A DNA stretch of 64,000 nucleotides from Bacteroidia bacterium (GCA_033763015.1 JANRLA010000032.1:10036-74035); one strand, 5' to 3'; counted from the first letter of the stretch, positions 1-11,410 are shown. Numbers and translations: made by a program. Notes: generated by a model from the sequence alone, not told the origin.

Positions 1-2
1 GG

Positions 3-1724
<1,722 letters not shown>

Positions 1725-1737
1725 CTTTGCCGTAACA

Positions 1738-1998
1738 ATGGACGACACCCCCACACCCGCCGTGGTGCCCCACTTCATCACCGACAAAAAGGGCAAGCGC
1801 CTGGCTGTCGTGTTGCCGCTGGCTCAGTACAAACGGCTGGTGCAAGTGCACAAACGCCTGGCACGGTTGGAGCGGCTGGCAGGCGCTTACCACGACATTG
1901 ACGCTGCCCTGGGTGAACTGCGTGACATATTGGCCAACACCGAGGCGGCCACCCCGCTCGACGAGCTTTTCGAACGCCTGCCCGCCGAGCGTCCATGA
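1738..1998 (+). CDS. putative type II antitoxin (Phd/YefM-like N-terminus)
   Basis: An 86-aa ORF from ATG 1738; the ORF-track start at 1699 would overlap ligA. The N-terminal ITDKKGKRLAVVLPLAQYKRLV looks like an antitoxin N-terminus. The stop overlaps the next start in ATGA (1995-1998). Confidence 0.5.
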   Translation: MDDTPTPAVVPHFITDKKGKRLAVVLPLAQYKRLVQVHKRLARLERLAGAYHDIDAALGELRDILANTEAATPLDELFERLPAERP

Positions 1999-2333
1999 GC
2001 TACCAGCCCCCGGTGTGCAGCACCCCCACCTTTGAGCGGCACTGCCTGGCGCTCGCTCCGCGCTACCCGGCCCTGCGGGAAGACATCGCCCACCTGGCCG
2101 AACTCCTCACCCTACAGCCCACCCAGGGCGAACTCCTGGGCGGCACCCTGTACTGGGCTCAATTGCCCCTAGCCGCCAAACCCAAGGCCAAACGGCTCGG
2201 GGTCGTGTGGGCCGTGCGGCGGGGTAAGGTCTTTCTGCTGCTGGCCTTTGAGCTTCGGCGCCTGGCGGGGTACGAAGAGCCGGTGCTCGACCGGCTGCGG
2301 GCCGAAGGCACCCGCCTGATGCTCGAAACCTAG
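1995..2333 (+). CDS. putative RelE/ParE-superfamily toxin
   Basis: 112 aa, translationally coupled to the upstream small ORF. The layout TFERHCLALAPRYPALREDIAHLAELLTLQP..G, then RLGVVWAVRRGKVFLLLAFELR, resembles RelE/ParE toxins by eye. Confidence 0.45.
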   Translation: MSYQPPVCSTPTFERHCLALAPRYPALREDIAHLAELLTLQPTQGELLGGTLYWAQLPLAAKPKAKRLGVVWAVRRGKVFLLLAFELRRLAGYEEPVLDRLRAEGTRLMLET

Positions 2334-2334
2334 G

Positions 2335-3864
2335 TTAGTCCTCGTCGCTCAGCGGCAGGGTAGCGGCTACGTCTTGGAAGGGGCGCACGGCGCTGTAACT
2401 CAGGCCAATACCCAACTGACCGGCGCGGTTGGCATAGCCCCACACGCCCACCTCGGTCGGCTCGCCGCCGCAGCTGTAGACCTCGCCCCGAAAGACGGGG
2501 GCAAACCCGTGGGCAAAGGGCTCGATCCAGTTAAAGCCCGGCCCGGTGTGCTGGCCCGTGCGCAGGTCGTAGAAATACCACGTGCCGGGCTCGAGCAGCG
2601 GGTCGGGGCATTCGGGGTCGTCGGGGTCTGGCACCCGGCCCTGGTTTACTGTGAGTAGGTTGTGTGCCAGTTCGCTACCGCCCTGCAGCAGCCCATAGGC
2701 CGGGTAGGGCGGCAGGGTCCGCGTGCCCTGGGCGTCGCGAGCCTCCAGGCGGTTCTGGCGGTCTTCGGTCAGTACCCAGCGCCCTGCCACCACACGCCGG
2801 GCGGCAACTACGGGTGCAAGGGCCCAGCTACCGCTGGGGAGCAGGGCCCCCAGGAGACTGTCTTGCCCGACGACGCTGCCTGTGGCGCGGGGAACGCGGC
2901 TGGCGCGGCTCTGGCCCTCGACCCAGGTGAAGGTGGGCGGTGCCACCCATCGGCCCAGGGTATCGAGCAGGCCCCAGGTACCGGTCAGATCGAGTGGGTA
3001 GGGGGATGCGGGGTCGTGTTCACGGGTGCAGAAGAGCGCCCAGTCGTCGCCGACGAGGTTCTCGCTGGCCCACGCGGCGCCATGCCCAAAGTCGCCCAGG
3101 TAGCGATAGAGGGCCGGGATGGCCTCGTGGCCCTGGTCATTGAGGGCGCCCCAGCGGTTGTACTCGGCGTCCCAGACTGCGCACCGGCCCTCGGCCAGCG
3201 GCCCGATGAAGCGGTAGCGCGCCGGGGTGAGGGCACGGCGGGTGGGCACGTGCCAGAGCAGCCAGCGCTCGTCGGCCTCGGCCAGGGCCAGGTGGGTAGC
3301 GCTGCCCAAGCCCCGCGCATCGCTAAAGCGGAAGGGCGCCAGGGTATCGCCCGCGGCAGTGAGCACGCCCCAGGCCTTGGCGGTGGGGTCGTAGGCGCCC
3401 AGTAGGCCGCCGCCCAGGTGCTTGAACTCGGTGCAGGGAGGGCCCAGCACCCGCTGGCCCGTGCGGTCGATGACCTCGCGCAAAGGGGCGTACACCGGCG
3501 TTTTGAGCACCGAATCGCCCACCGTCTGCAGCAGCGTATCAATGGCTGTGGTATCGGGCCGTGCGACAATGGCCAGGCCGTCGCGGAAGGGCTCGGTCAG
3601 CAAAAAGGCAGCGGGAATTGCCCAGCGACCCGCCGTATCCAGGTAGCCGCGTAGGGGCTGGGGGCCGGGCAGCGTATCGGTCACCTCGGCCAGGCCTTCG
3701 CTGTAGCGCAGGGGGCCCGGCCAGACGGGCGGGATACGCCAGTGGCCCAGGGTATCGATAAGCCCCCAACGGCCCTCTACTTCGGCTGTCGCCCGTACTT
3801 GGCCCAGCGCCGCGAGTGGCACGAGCAGCGTAAGCAGCACACCGACCGCTGGTTGGGCAAACAT
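2335..3864 (-). CDS. WG-repeat (KWG-type) secreted protein
   Basis: It has reiterated WG units (WGLIDTLGHWRIPPVW, WGVLTAAGDTLAPFRF, WGALNDQGHEAIPALY, WGLLDTLGRWVAPPTF). The start is set at ATG 3864, which gives a signal-like MFAQPAVGVLLTLLVPLAALGQ. Confidence 0.8.
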   Translation of the reverse strand: MFAQPAVGVLLTLLVPLAALGQVRATAEVEGRWGLIDTLGHWRIPPVWPGPLRYSEGLAEVTDTLPGPQPLRGYLDTAGRWAIPAAFLLTEPFRDGLAIVARPDTTAIDTLLQTVGDSVLKTPVYAPLREVIDRTGQRVLGPPCTEFKHLGGGLLGAYDPTAKAWGVLTAAGDTLAPFRFSDARGLGSATHLALAEADERWLLWHVPTRRALTPARYRFIGPLAEGRCAVWDAEYNRWGALNDQGHEAIPALYRYLGDFGHGAAWASENLVGDDWALFCTREHDPASPYPLDLTGTWGLLDTLGRWVAPPTFTWVEGQSRASRVPRATGSVVGQDSLLGALLPSGSWALAPVVAARRVVAGRWVLTEDRQNRLEARDAQGTRTLPPYPAYGLLQGGSELAHNLLTVNQGRVPDPDDPECPDPLLEPGTWYFYDLRTGQHTGPGFNWIEPFAHGFAPVFRGEVYSCGGEPTEVGVWGYANRAGQLGIGLSYSAVRPFQDVAATLPLSDED

Positions 3865-3882
3865 CTGTTCTAATTTACACCC

Positions 3883-5124
3883 GTGGGCCACCTGAGCATC
3901 CTATTGCACCTCGCTGTTGTGTTTGGCATTGCCGTGCTGGTGGTGCGGGTGTTTAAGCGCCTGGGCTTCCCGGTCGTCATCGCCTACCTGGTTACAGGCA
4001 TCCTCATCAGCCCTAACCATTGGGACTGGACCGGCAGCATGGCCGAGGCAGAGCAGTTCGCCGAGGTCGGGGTCATCCTCTTGCTCTTTACCGTGGGGTT
4101 GGAGTTCAGCGTAAAAAACCTCTGGAAGATCCGTCACCTGGTGCTCCTCGGTGGCGCGCTGCAGATGCTCTTTACCGTCGCCCTGGCGGCGCTCTTTGGG
4201 CTCCTCTTTGGCTTTACGCTCGTAGAGACGATTAACTACGGGTTCTTGCTCAGCCTCAGCTCCACGGCCATTGTTATCAAGCTGCTGCAAGAGCGCTACC
4301 AAATGGCCAGCGAGCACGGCAAGATTCTGCTCGGCGTGCTGCTCTTTCAAGACATCGCCGTGGTGCCACTGCTACTGGCGCAGCCGCTCCTGGCGGGCCA
4401 GGGCGGCGATGCCCCCCTTGCCACCCAGGTGGGCCTCTTGCTACTCAAGCTGGGGGGGCTGGGGGTGGTGGCCTGGCTGGCGGCGCGCTACGTGCTGCCC
4501 CGGCTCTTGTTCCAGGTGATGCAGATCAAGAGCCAGGAGGTGTTCCTCTTGGCCACAATATCGCTCGTGGGGTTCATCACGGCCCTGACCTCCGAGCTGG
4601 GCCTGTCGCTGGCGCTGGGGGCGTTCATTGCCGGGCTTATCATCTCCGAAACCGACTACAACCGCCTGGCCATCAGCTGCATGCTACCGTTCCGGTACGT
4701 ATTCCTGAGTTTCTTCTTCATCTCCCTGGGCATGCTCGTCGACCTGCGCTTTTTGTGGGAAGACCCCGTACGCCTCATCGGTACCGTGTTCTACATCGTG
4801 GCGCTGAAAGCCTTGGCGGCCTTTCTGGCCGTGCGGTTGCTGCGGGTGCCCGCCCGCACAGCCATCGTGGTGGGGCTGGGCATGGCCCAGGTGGGCGAGT
4901 TTGCTTTTGTTATGGCGGGTGCCAGCCTAGAGTATGGGCTGCTGCGCACCTTCTGGTACCAGCAGTTCCTCATCGCCAGCATAGGCACCATGGCCTTAAC
5001 GCCGCTGCTACTGGCCCGCGGTGGGCAGGTGGCCGACTGGCTGCTGGCACGTTTGGGGGGCCGCCGGCCGTTTAAGACCGTAGAAACCGCCGCCCCGCAG
5101 CCGCCACCACCCGACGAACTCTGA
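3883..5124 (+). CDS. cation:proton antiporter, CPA2/Kef-type membrane domain
   Basis: A polytopic 413-aa protein with a GTG start. The N-terminus AVVFGIAVLVVRVFKRLGFPVVIAYLVTGILISP and the internal LLFQDIAVVPLL are typical of Na+/H+-exchanger-family Kef proteins. No C-terminal KTN domain is present. Confidence 0.8.
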   Translation: MGHLSILLHLAVVFGIAVLVVRVFKRLGFPVVIAYLVTGILISPNHWDWTGSMAEAEQFAEVGVILLLFTVGLEFSVKNLWKIRHLVLLGGALQMLFTVALAALFGLLFGFTLVETINYGFLLSLSSTAIVIKLLQERYQMASEHGKILLGVLLFQDIAVVPLLLAQPLLAGQGGDAPLATQVGLLLLKLGGLGVVAWLAARYVLPRLLFQVMQIKSQEVFLLATISLVGFITALTSELGLSLALGAFIAGLIISETDYNRLAISCMLPFRYVFLSFFFISLGMLVDLRFLWEDPVRLIGTVFYIVALKALAAFLAVRLLRVPARTAIVVGLGMAQVGEFAFVMAGASLEYGLLRTFWYQQFLIASIGTMALTPLLLARGGQVADWLLARLGGRRPFKTVETAAPQPPPPDEL

Positions 5125-5137
5125 CGCCCCCCGAACC

Positions 5138-5398
5138 ATGGCCGATACGCCCCGCCCCCAGCTCTACGGCACGGCTTGGTGCCCCAAAAGCGCCAACCTG
5201 GCCGATTTCCTGCAGCGCGAGTTCATCGACCTCGACTTTCACGACATCGAGGCCAGCCAGGAAGCCGAATTCGCGGTGCGCAACATGAACGGCGGCGAAA
5301 TCAAGTTCCCCATGCTTGTGGTGGGCGATGCGGTGATGAAAAACCCCAAAATCGACCAGCTGCGCGAGGTGCTCCGCGCCAAAGGCCTGCTCAAGTAA
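5138..5398 (+). CDS. glutaredoxin-like protein (single-Cys WCPKS site)
   Basis: 86 aa. LYGTAWCPKSANLADFL and FPMLVVGD fit a thioredoxin-fold glutaredoxin/mycoredoxin layout. Only one active-site Cys is present. Confidence 0.6.
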   Translation: MADTPRPQLYGTAWCPKSANLADFLQREFIDLDFHDIEASQEAEFAVRNMNGGEIKFPMLVVGDAVMKNPKIDQLREVLRAKGLLK

Positions 5399-5401
5399 TG
5401 G

Positions 5402-5896
5402 CTACCGCTGCTTGGCCGCGGCGATGTCTTCGGCGCAAGGGGCGTAGCGCAGTTTGTCGAGCAGCCCCGACAGGGCCTGTTGTTCCTCGTGGCCCAGGCA
5501 ATGAATGGAGCCAATGACGGGGTCGAGGTCGAAACCCACCCGGTCGAGCAACTCGTGCCCCTTGGCCGTGAGGGTAAGGTCTACCTGCCGCCGGTCGTGG
5601 GCGCAGGGCTTGCGGTCGATGATACCCTTGCGCACCATGCGATCGATGATGCGGCTGGTGTCGCTGTTGGGCTCGAGCATCCGGTTCTTGACCGCGTTGA
5701 GCGAGATGGGCTTTTCCTTTTGGCCCCGGAGGATACGCAGGATGTTGTACTGCTGGGGCGTAAGCCCAAAGGGCTTCAAAAACGCCTGGAACCGGTTCTG
5801 GAACCAACTAGCCGTAAAAATGAGGTTCACGAACGCGCGCTCGGCCTCGCTGCGGAACTGCTCCTGGTGGAGCTCTTTCTCCAAAGACACGTGCAT
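5402..5896 (-). CDS. MarR family transcriptional regulator
   Basis: 164 aa. The winged-helix core LTPQQYNILRILRGQKEKPISLNAVKNRMLEPNSDTSRIIDRMVRKGIIDRKPCAHDRRQVDLTLTAKG is a classical MarR pattern. Confidence 0.9.
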   Translation of the reverse strand: MHVSLEKELHQEQFRSEAERAFVNLIFTASWFQNRFQAFLKPFGLTPQQYNILRILRGQKEKPISLNAVKNRMLEPNSDTSRIIDRMVRKGIIDRKPCAHDRRQVDLTLTAKGHELLDRVGFDLDPVIGSIHCLGHEEQQALSGLLDKLRYAPCAEDIAAAKQR

Positions 5897-6024
5897 GGGG
5901 CTGGGGCGTTAGGTGCTGTGCGCAACTGGTGGTGGGCGCAACTGCTGTTTATACACCCAACGGGGGTGCTAAGTTTCAGGGGCCTACGCCGATTTACCCA
6001 CCCAGGTGCTAGCTTGGGTGCGCT

Positions 6025-6423
6025 GTGCGCCTCGTTTACTTCATCCAGCTCCTGGCCCTTACCCTGGCCTTTCTCTACGGGTACTGGAAATACCTGACCC
6101 CGTGGCGGCTGGTCATTTCGGCGCTGGTACTGCAGTTGCTGTACGGTTTGGTGGTATTTCACCTGTACTACACCTGGGATGTGCTCTCGGTCTTCGATTT
6201 CAACCGGCTCGACAAAGAGACCTGGCTCATGGACCTCATCCTGTGGCTGGGCAAGCTCTTCGGGAACCGGCCCCGCATCCTGGTCGCCGACCACACCTGG
6301 TGGTGCACCATGTTTACCGGGGGCTTCTTGGTGAGCCTGAACACCATCTTGCTCGGGGGCCTGTTTGCCCGGGTGCTGCATGCCACCCGTGCCGACTACG
6401 CCCAGAGCAACCCGCAGGCATAA
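6025..6423 (+). CDS. hypothetical membrane protein
   Basis: 132 aa with a GTG start and several hydrophobic helices. It is divergent from the MarR gene. No family was recognised. Confidence 0.5.
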   Translation: MRLVYFIQLLALTLAFLYGYWKYLTPWRLVISALVLQLLYGLVVFHLYYTWDVLSVFDFNRLDKETWLMDLILWLGKLFGNRPRILVADHTWWCTMFTGGFLVSLNTILLGGLFARVLHATRADYAQSNPQA

Positions 6424-6451
6424 CCCCCCACTCCCCTACCTTTGGCCCGTG

Positions 6452-8575
6452 ATGGTACGCCGATTCTGCTTCGGCCTAGGGTTGCTGCTGTTGGCCACAC
6501 AGGCCCAGGCCCAGGGTCTTGACAAAGGCTTCGAGGCACTTGGCGTGTACAACTACTTCGAAGCCAAAGCCATTTTCGAAAAGCGGCTCGGCAAGGAGCC
6601 TGCCGGGGCAGGGTACGGCCTTTCAGTGCTGCATGCCCGGAGCGACAACCCCTTCTACGACATCGGCAACGCCTACCGGTATTGGCAACTGGCCGACAAG
6701 GCCTACCGCGGCCTCGACGAAAAGGAGGTGCTGCGCCTGAGCGCCCTCGGGGTAACCCCCCTGGCCATGGCCCAGCAAAAAGACCGCGTCGATTCGTTGG
6801 CCTACGCCGCAGCCCTGGCCGATGGCAGCTTTGCCGCATTCGTGGCTTTTGTCCGCGAGCACCCCACCGCGCGCCAAGTGCCTCAAGCCCTGGCCCGGCG
6901 CGACGAACTGGCCTGGGGCGCCACGCAGGCCGAAAACACCTACCAGGCCTACCGCACGTTCTACGAAACCTACCCCACCGCTACGCAGGCCGACGAAGCC
7001 CGCCGCCGCTACGCCCAGCGCCTGTTTGAAGCCGAGACCGGGGGCAGCAGTGAGCAGGCCTATGTGCAGTTCATTGCCAAAAACCCCAGCAGCCCCTACC
7101 GGCGGGCCGCCGAAGACAGCCTCTACGCCCGCGTTACGCAACCGGGCACCGTGGCAGCCCTGGCTCGGATGGTGCGCAGCTACCCCAAAAACCCCAATAC
7201 GCCTGCCGCCTGGGAGCGTTTGTACCAACTGGCGACTAGTGACGGGCGGCCCGAATCGTACCTGTTTTTCCTGGAGGACTTTCCTGACTACCCCGACAAG
7301 AACCGCGTCCGCCGCCACCTACAGGCCGCCTACACCACGCTGTACCCCATTCGGGTCGACAGCCTGTGGGGCTTCGTCGACTCTACAGGTGCACCGCAAG
7401 TAGAGCCGCAGTACAGTTGGGTAGACGACTACCACGAGAACTTTGCCCTCTACGAGGCAGGGGGCTACCTGGGCTACCTCAATAAGCAAGGTGTGGCCCA
7501 GATTCTGGCGCAATACGACGAAGCCGAGCCCTTTGCCGATGGCCTGGCCGTAGTATCGAAAGACGGGCGTTTCGGCCTCATCGACCCCTCGGGCCGCACG
7601 GTGCTGCCCATCCGGTACACGACCATCGGGCGGGTGAGCGAAGGGCTGATTGCCTTCCAGGAAGGGGGCAAGAGCGGCTTTGCCAACCGCCGGGGCGAGG
7701 TGGTTATTCCGGCGCAGTTTGCGCTCGTGGGCGCGTTTGCCGAAGGGGTTGCCTGGGCCCAAACCGACAGCGGTACCGTGGGGTTCATTGGGCCGCAGGG
7801 GCAGTGGCAAATACCCCCTGTCTACGACTGGGCCAGCGACATGGCCGGGGGCCTTGCGCGGGTGCGCGCGGGTGGTAAGCTCGGGGCCATTTCGAGCGCG
7901 GGCGATACCGTGATTGCCATTGAGTACGAGGTGCTCGATGCGTTCGTGGGCGGCTACGCCCAGGCCGTCAAGGGCGGCAAGGTGGGCTTCATCAACAGCA
8001 AGGGCCAAACGGTTATCCCCTTCAACTCGCCCTACGACCCCCTGGCGGCCCAACCCAACGTACTTACCCAGGGCCTGGCCCGGTTTCGGCTCAATGGCAA
8101 GCTGGGGCTCATAGACACCACCGGCCGGGTGGTAGTACCGGCGCGGTACGACGACCTGGGCTACCCCACCGAGGGCCGAATTGCGTACCAGCTAAAAGGA
8201 AAATGGGGGTTCCTCGATAGCCTGGGCAAACCTGTGGTGCCGGCGGTGTACCAGGCCGTAGGCCCGTTTGCCGAAGGGTTGGCGCGGGTACAAAAGGCCG
8301 GGAAGTGGGGCTTTGTAGACCCCGCCGGTGGGCTCAAAATCCCGTGCGTCTACGACAGCGCGGGCGACTTCCGGCACGGCCTAGCGCCCATCGCCCTGAA
8401 CGGGGGGCTGGGTTTTATCGACCGCGAGCAACTGCCCATCATCCCCGCCGAAATGGAACACCTCGAGGTGCTGCCCCAGGGCATCGTGCGGCTCCGGCGC
8501 AACGGCCGGGTGGCTTACTACCTCTTGCGCAAGCAGACCTACCTCTGGACCGAGGCCTACTTCCACGCCGACTAA
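6452..8575 (+). CDS. WG-repeat secreted protein with TPR-like N-terminal region
   Basis: ATG 6452 gives the signal peptide MVRRFCFGLGLLLLATQAQAQ. The C-terminal two thirds is a long array of units such as WGFVDSTGAPQVEPQY, FGLIDPSGRTVLPIRY, WGFLDSLGKPVVPAVY and WGFVDPAGGLKIPCVY. Confidence 0.85.
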   Translation: MVRRFCFGLGLLLLATQAQAQGLDKGFEALGVYNYFEAKAIFEKRLGKEPAGAGYGLSVLHARSDNPFYDIGNAYRYWQLADKAYRGLDEKEVLRLSALGVTPLAMAQQKDRVDSLAYAAALADGSFAAFVAFVREHPTARQVPQALARRDELAWGATQAENTYQAYRTFYETYPTATQADEARRRYAQRLFEAETGGSSEQAYVQFIAKNPSSPYRRAAEDSLYARVTQPGTVAALARMVRSYPKNPNTPAAWERLYQLATSDGRPESYLFFLEDFPDYPDKNRVRRHLQAAYTTLYPIRVDSLWGFVDSTGAPQVEPQYSWVDDYHENFALYEAGGYLGYLNKQGVAQILAQYDEAEPFADGLAVVSKDGRFGLIDPSGRTVLPIRYTTIGRVSEGLIAFQEGGKSGFANRRGEVVIPAQFALVGAFAEGVAWAQTDSGTVGFIGPQGQWQIPPVYDWASDMAGGLARVRAGGKLGAISSAGDTVIAIEYEVLDAFVGGYAQAVKGGKVGFINSKGQTVIPFNSPYDPLAAQPNVLTQGLARFRLNGKLGLIDTTGRVVVPARYDDLGYPTEGRIAYQLKGKWGFLDSLGKPVVPAVYQAVGPFAEGLARVQKAGKWGFVDPAGGLKIPCVYDSAGDFRHGLAPIALNGGLGFIDREQLPIIPAEMEHLEVLPQGIVRLRRNGRVAYYLLRKQTYLWTEAYFHAD

Positions 8576-8599
8576 AGGCCCCCCACGTATCTTTGAGCC

Positions 8600-9439
8600 T
8601 TGCAACGGCTCGTTTACGCACTGGCAGGCGCGTACCTGCAACCTGACCCGGGGGTCCGACCCCCGGTAGGGAGCGAACTGCCCGACGGCGGCCCGGTGTA
8701 CACCGAAACCAACCTGCGGCACCTGATCAAGGAGCCCTTCAACATGGTCTCGGCCGGGCTGTTCCTGCTGGTGGTGGGGTACTGGCTCTACCGGGCCTAC
8801 CCCAACTACAAGCGCTACTGGCTGGTGTCGGTTTCGGCGCCCATTCTGCTGGTGGGCGCAGTGGGCGGGATGCTCTACCACGGGCTGCGCACCTCGTCGC
8901 TGCTCTATTGGCTCGACTTTGGGCCCATTTTGGGCCTGGCGTTTTTGGCGGCGGTGTACTTCTGGTACCAGGTGCTGCAAAACCGCTGGTACGTGCTGGT
9001 ACTCATTGCCCCGTTCATTGTGCTGCGCATGACTATTATGCGCTACGTATACGACGAGCTGAACGAGCCCCATTTGGCGACCAACCTCGACTACTCAGTT
9101 TTGGGGCTGGGGCTGCTCATCCCACTGGTCATGAACCTGATCAGCACCCGGGCGCGGCACGTGGGTTGGTTCACGGGCGCGCTGGTATCGTTCGTGCTGG
9201 CGCTTACGTTCCGGGCCGTTGACGGGTGGCCTGAGTTCACGATGGTCTTCCCGATGGGTACGCACTTTTTGTGGCACGTCTTTGGGGCGCTCGTGACGCA
9301 TGCGCTCTTTGGCTACGCGTACAACTACGAGCGCAGCCGCCTGGGCCTGAGCATCCGGGTAGGCAAAAAGCGCCAGCTACTGGGCATCCGGGTGCGCATA
9401 CGCAAGCCCTTCGCCAAAGCCCAGCCCACCGAACCGTAG
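8600..9439 (+). CDS. polytopic membrane protein, possibly ceramidase-like hydrolase family
   Basis: It has seven or more hydrophobic segments. TETNLRHLIKEPFNMVSAGLF and THFLWHVFGAL resemble the N-terminal E-x-N-x-S and C-terminal H-x-x-W-H motifs of alkaline-ceramidase-like proteins, from memory. The start is uncertain: TTG 8600, or GTG 8696 as an alternative. Confidence 0.4.
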   Translation: MQRLVYALAGAYLQPDPGVRPPVGSELPDGGPVYTETNLRHLIKEPFNMVSAGLFLLVVGYWLYRAYPNYKRYWLVSVSAPILLVGAVGGMLYHGLRTSSLLYWLDFGPILGLAFLAAVYFWYQVLQNRWYVLVLIAPFIVLRMTIMRYVYDELNEPHLATNLDYSVLGLGLLIPLVMNLISTRARHVGWFTGALVSFVLALTFRAVDGWPEFTMVFPMGTHFLWHVFGALVTHALFGYAYNYERSRLGLSIRVGKKRQLLGIRVRIRKPFAKAQPTEP

Positions 9440-9449
9440 CCGACGCCCC

Positions 9450-10085
9450 GTGCTGCACATCCCGGCCCACTTTTCAGAAACACGGCCCGATGCCCTGCGG
9501 GCTGTCATTGAAGCCTACCCTTTTGCGTGGCTCATCGCCCCGGGCGAGGGCCCACTGCCCAACCTGAGCCCCGCGCCGCTGCTCTACCAGCCCGTGCCAG
9601 GCGGGCTGGGCAAGCTCATCGGTCACCTGGCGGTGACCAACCCCGTGGCGATTGCCATTGGCAGGGGCACCCCGGTGGCTGCACTCTTTCTGGGCCCACA
9701 CGCCTATGTATCGGTGCAGTGGTACCAGCACGCGCGCAACGTGCCTACCTGGAACCACCTGGAGGTGGCCTGCACCTGCCAGGGTCGGCTGCTTGAGACC
9801 GAGATTGAGACCTACGCGGCTATCGACCGACTGGTGCGCCACTACGAGGGCGACGCTTGGCGCCTGGCCGACCAGCCCGAGGGCTACATCCGGGGCCTGA
9901 TGAAGGGCATCTGGGCCTTTGAGCTCACCATTCTGGCCTGGGAGGGCCACTTTAAGCTCAGCCAAAACAAACCCGACACCGAGCGTGAACGTATTGTGGC
10001 CCAGTACCACGCCAGCCCCGATACCCAGGCAAACGCCCTGGCCCACTGGATGGTGCGGCACCACCCGCCGCCCACCCAGGGCTAA
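9450..10085 (+). CDS. FMN-binding negative transcriptional regulator (PaiB family)
   Basis: 211 aa with a GTG start. It begins MLHIPAHFSETRPDALRAVIEAYPFAWLI and contains WEGHFKLSQNKP, both characteristic of PaiB. Confidence 0.8.
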   Translation: MLHIPAHFSETRPDALRAVIEAYPFAWLIAPGEGPLPNLSPAPLLYQPVPGGLGKLIGHLAVTNPVAIAIGRGTPVAALFLGPHAYVSVQWYQHARNVPTWNHLEVACTCQGRLLETEIETYAAIDRLVRHYEGDAWRLADQPEGYIRGLMKGIWAFELTILAWEGHFKLSQNKPDTERERIVAQYHASPDTQANALAHWMVRHHPPPTQG

Positions 10086-10118
10086 GGCAGGGCCACCCCA
10101 CGGGCTTTCGTTACTTTC

Positions 10119-10634
10119 GTGGGCATGCAACACGACCCTGCGTACTGGAAAGCCCACCTTGGGCTGGAGCCCCACCCCGAAGGCGGCTTCTACCGCGAAA
10201 TCTACCGGAGTGCCGAGGTGCTGGACATGGACAGCCTGCCCGAGCGCTACCCCGGCGACCGCAACCTGGCGACGTGCATCTACTTCCTGCTCGAACAGGA
10301 TAGCTTCTCGGCCTTTCACCGCCTGGAGTCGGACGAGCTGTGGCACTACCACGCCGGCGACCCCTTGACCATCTACCTACTCGACCCCCGCACCAAGTCG
10401 CTCACAGCAGAGCACCTGGGGCCTCGCCCCGACCTGGGTCATGCCCTGACATCGGTCATCCCCCACGATACCTGGTTTGCCGCACGAGTCGATGCCGGGG
10501 GGGTATTCAGCCTCGTTTCGTGTACCGTGGTACCGGGCTACAACGACGAAGACTTCTTTTTGGCCGAACGCGACCTCTTGCAGACGGTCTTCCCGGAGCA
10601 CGCCGACCTCATTGCGAGCCTGACGCGGGGCTAA
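10119..10634 (+). CDS. cupin-fold protein (DUF985 family)
   Basis: 171 aa. HLGLEPHPEGGFYREIYRS, IYFLL and FHRLESDELWHYH match the DUF985 cupin pattern. Confidence 0.8.
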   Translation: MGMQHDPAYWKAHLGLEPHPEGGFYREIYRSAEVLDMDSLPERYPGDRNLATCIYFLLEQDSFSAFHRLESDELWHYHAGDPLTIYLLDPRTKSLTAEHLGPRPDLGHALTSVIPHDTWFAARVDAGGVFSLVSCTVVPGYNDEDFFLAERDLLQTVFPEHADLIASLTRG

Positions 10635-11410
10635 GCCTGACGGGGCTGCCAGGGGGCCCCTTCGGCCCAGAGTTTTTCAAGCTCCTGGCGGTCGCGCAGG
10701 GTATCCATCGCCTTCCAAAAGCCGGTGTGGCGGTAGGCCACCAGTTGGCCCTCGGCAGCCAACCGCTCGAGGGGCGCGCGTTCCCACGGCACGGCATCGG
10801 CGTTGGGCGGCAGGTAGTCGAAAACGTTGGGCTCGAGCACGAAAAAGCCGCCGTTGATCCAATTGCCGTCGTCGACGGGTTTTTCGCGAAACGCCTGCAC
10901 GTGGCCCGAAGGCCCCAGCTCGAGTACGCCAAATCGGCTACCGGGCTGGATGGCCGTGAGGGTGGCCGTTTTGCCGTGGGCCACGTGGAAGGCCTCCAGG
11001 GCTTTTAGGTCGATCGTTGCCAGCCCATCGCCGTAGGTGAGGTGGAACCGCTCGCCTGCCACGTAGGGCCGGATGCGCTGCAGCCGCCCGGCAGTTTGAG
11101 TTTCGAGGCCGGTATCGACAAGCGTAACGCGCAGGTCGTGCGCCGCAGAGCCATGGACCGTCACCGCATTGGTCGCCAGGTCAACGGTCAGGTCGGCGTG
11201 GTGGTAGTAGTAGTTCAGGAAGTATTCTTTGATCTGGTAGCCCCGGTAGCCCAGGCAGATCACAAACTCGCGCACCCCGTGGGCGGCGTAGAGCTGGAGG
11301 ATGTGCCACAGGATGGGCCGGCCCCCAATCTCGATCATGGGTTTGGGCTTCAGGTGGCTTTCCTCGCTGATGCGCGTGCCGAAGCCCCCGGCAAAGATGA
11401 CCGCCTTCAT
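10631..11410 (-). CDS. rfbF: glucose-1-phosphate cytidylyltransferase
   Basis: MKAVIFAGGFGTRISEESHLKPKPMIEIGGRPILWHILQLYAAHGVREFVICLGYRGYQIKEYF is a near-canonical RfbF N-terminus. The start is set at ATG 11410. Confidence 0.9.
   Translation of the reverse strand: MKAVIFAGGFGTRISEESHLKPKPMIEIGGRPILWHILQLYAAHGVREFVICLGYRGYQIKEYFLNYYYHHADLTVDLATNAVTVHGSAAHDLRVTLVDTGLETQTAGRLQRIRPYVAGERFHLTYGDGLATIDLKALEAFHVAHGKTATLTAIQPGSRFGVLELGPSGHVQAFREKPVDDGNWINGGFFVLEPNVFDYLPPNADAVPWERAPLERLAAEGQLVAYRHTGFWKAMDTLRDRQELEKLWAEGAPWQPRQA

Noticed and set aside
9474-10352. A 292-aa minus-strand ORF spanning the PaiB and DUF985 genes.
   Set aside because: It runs antisense across two well-supported genes and their intergenic gap. 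It has no recognisable motifs.
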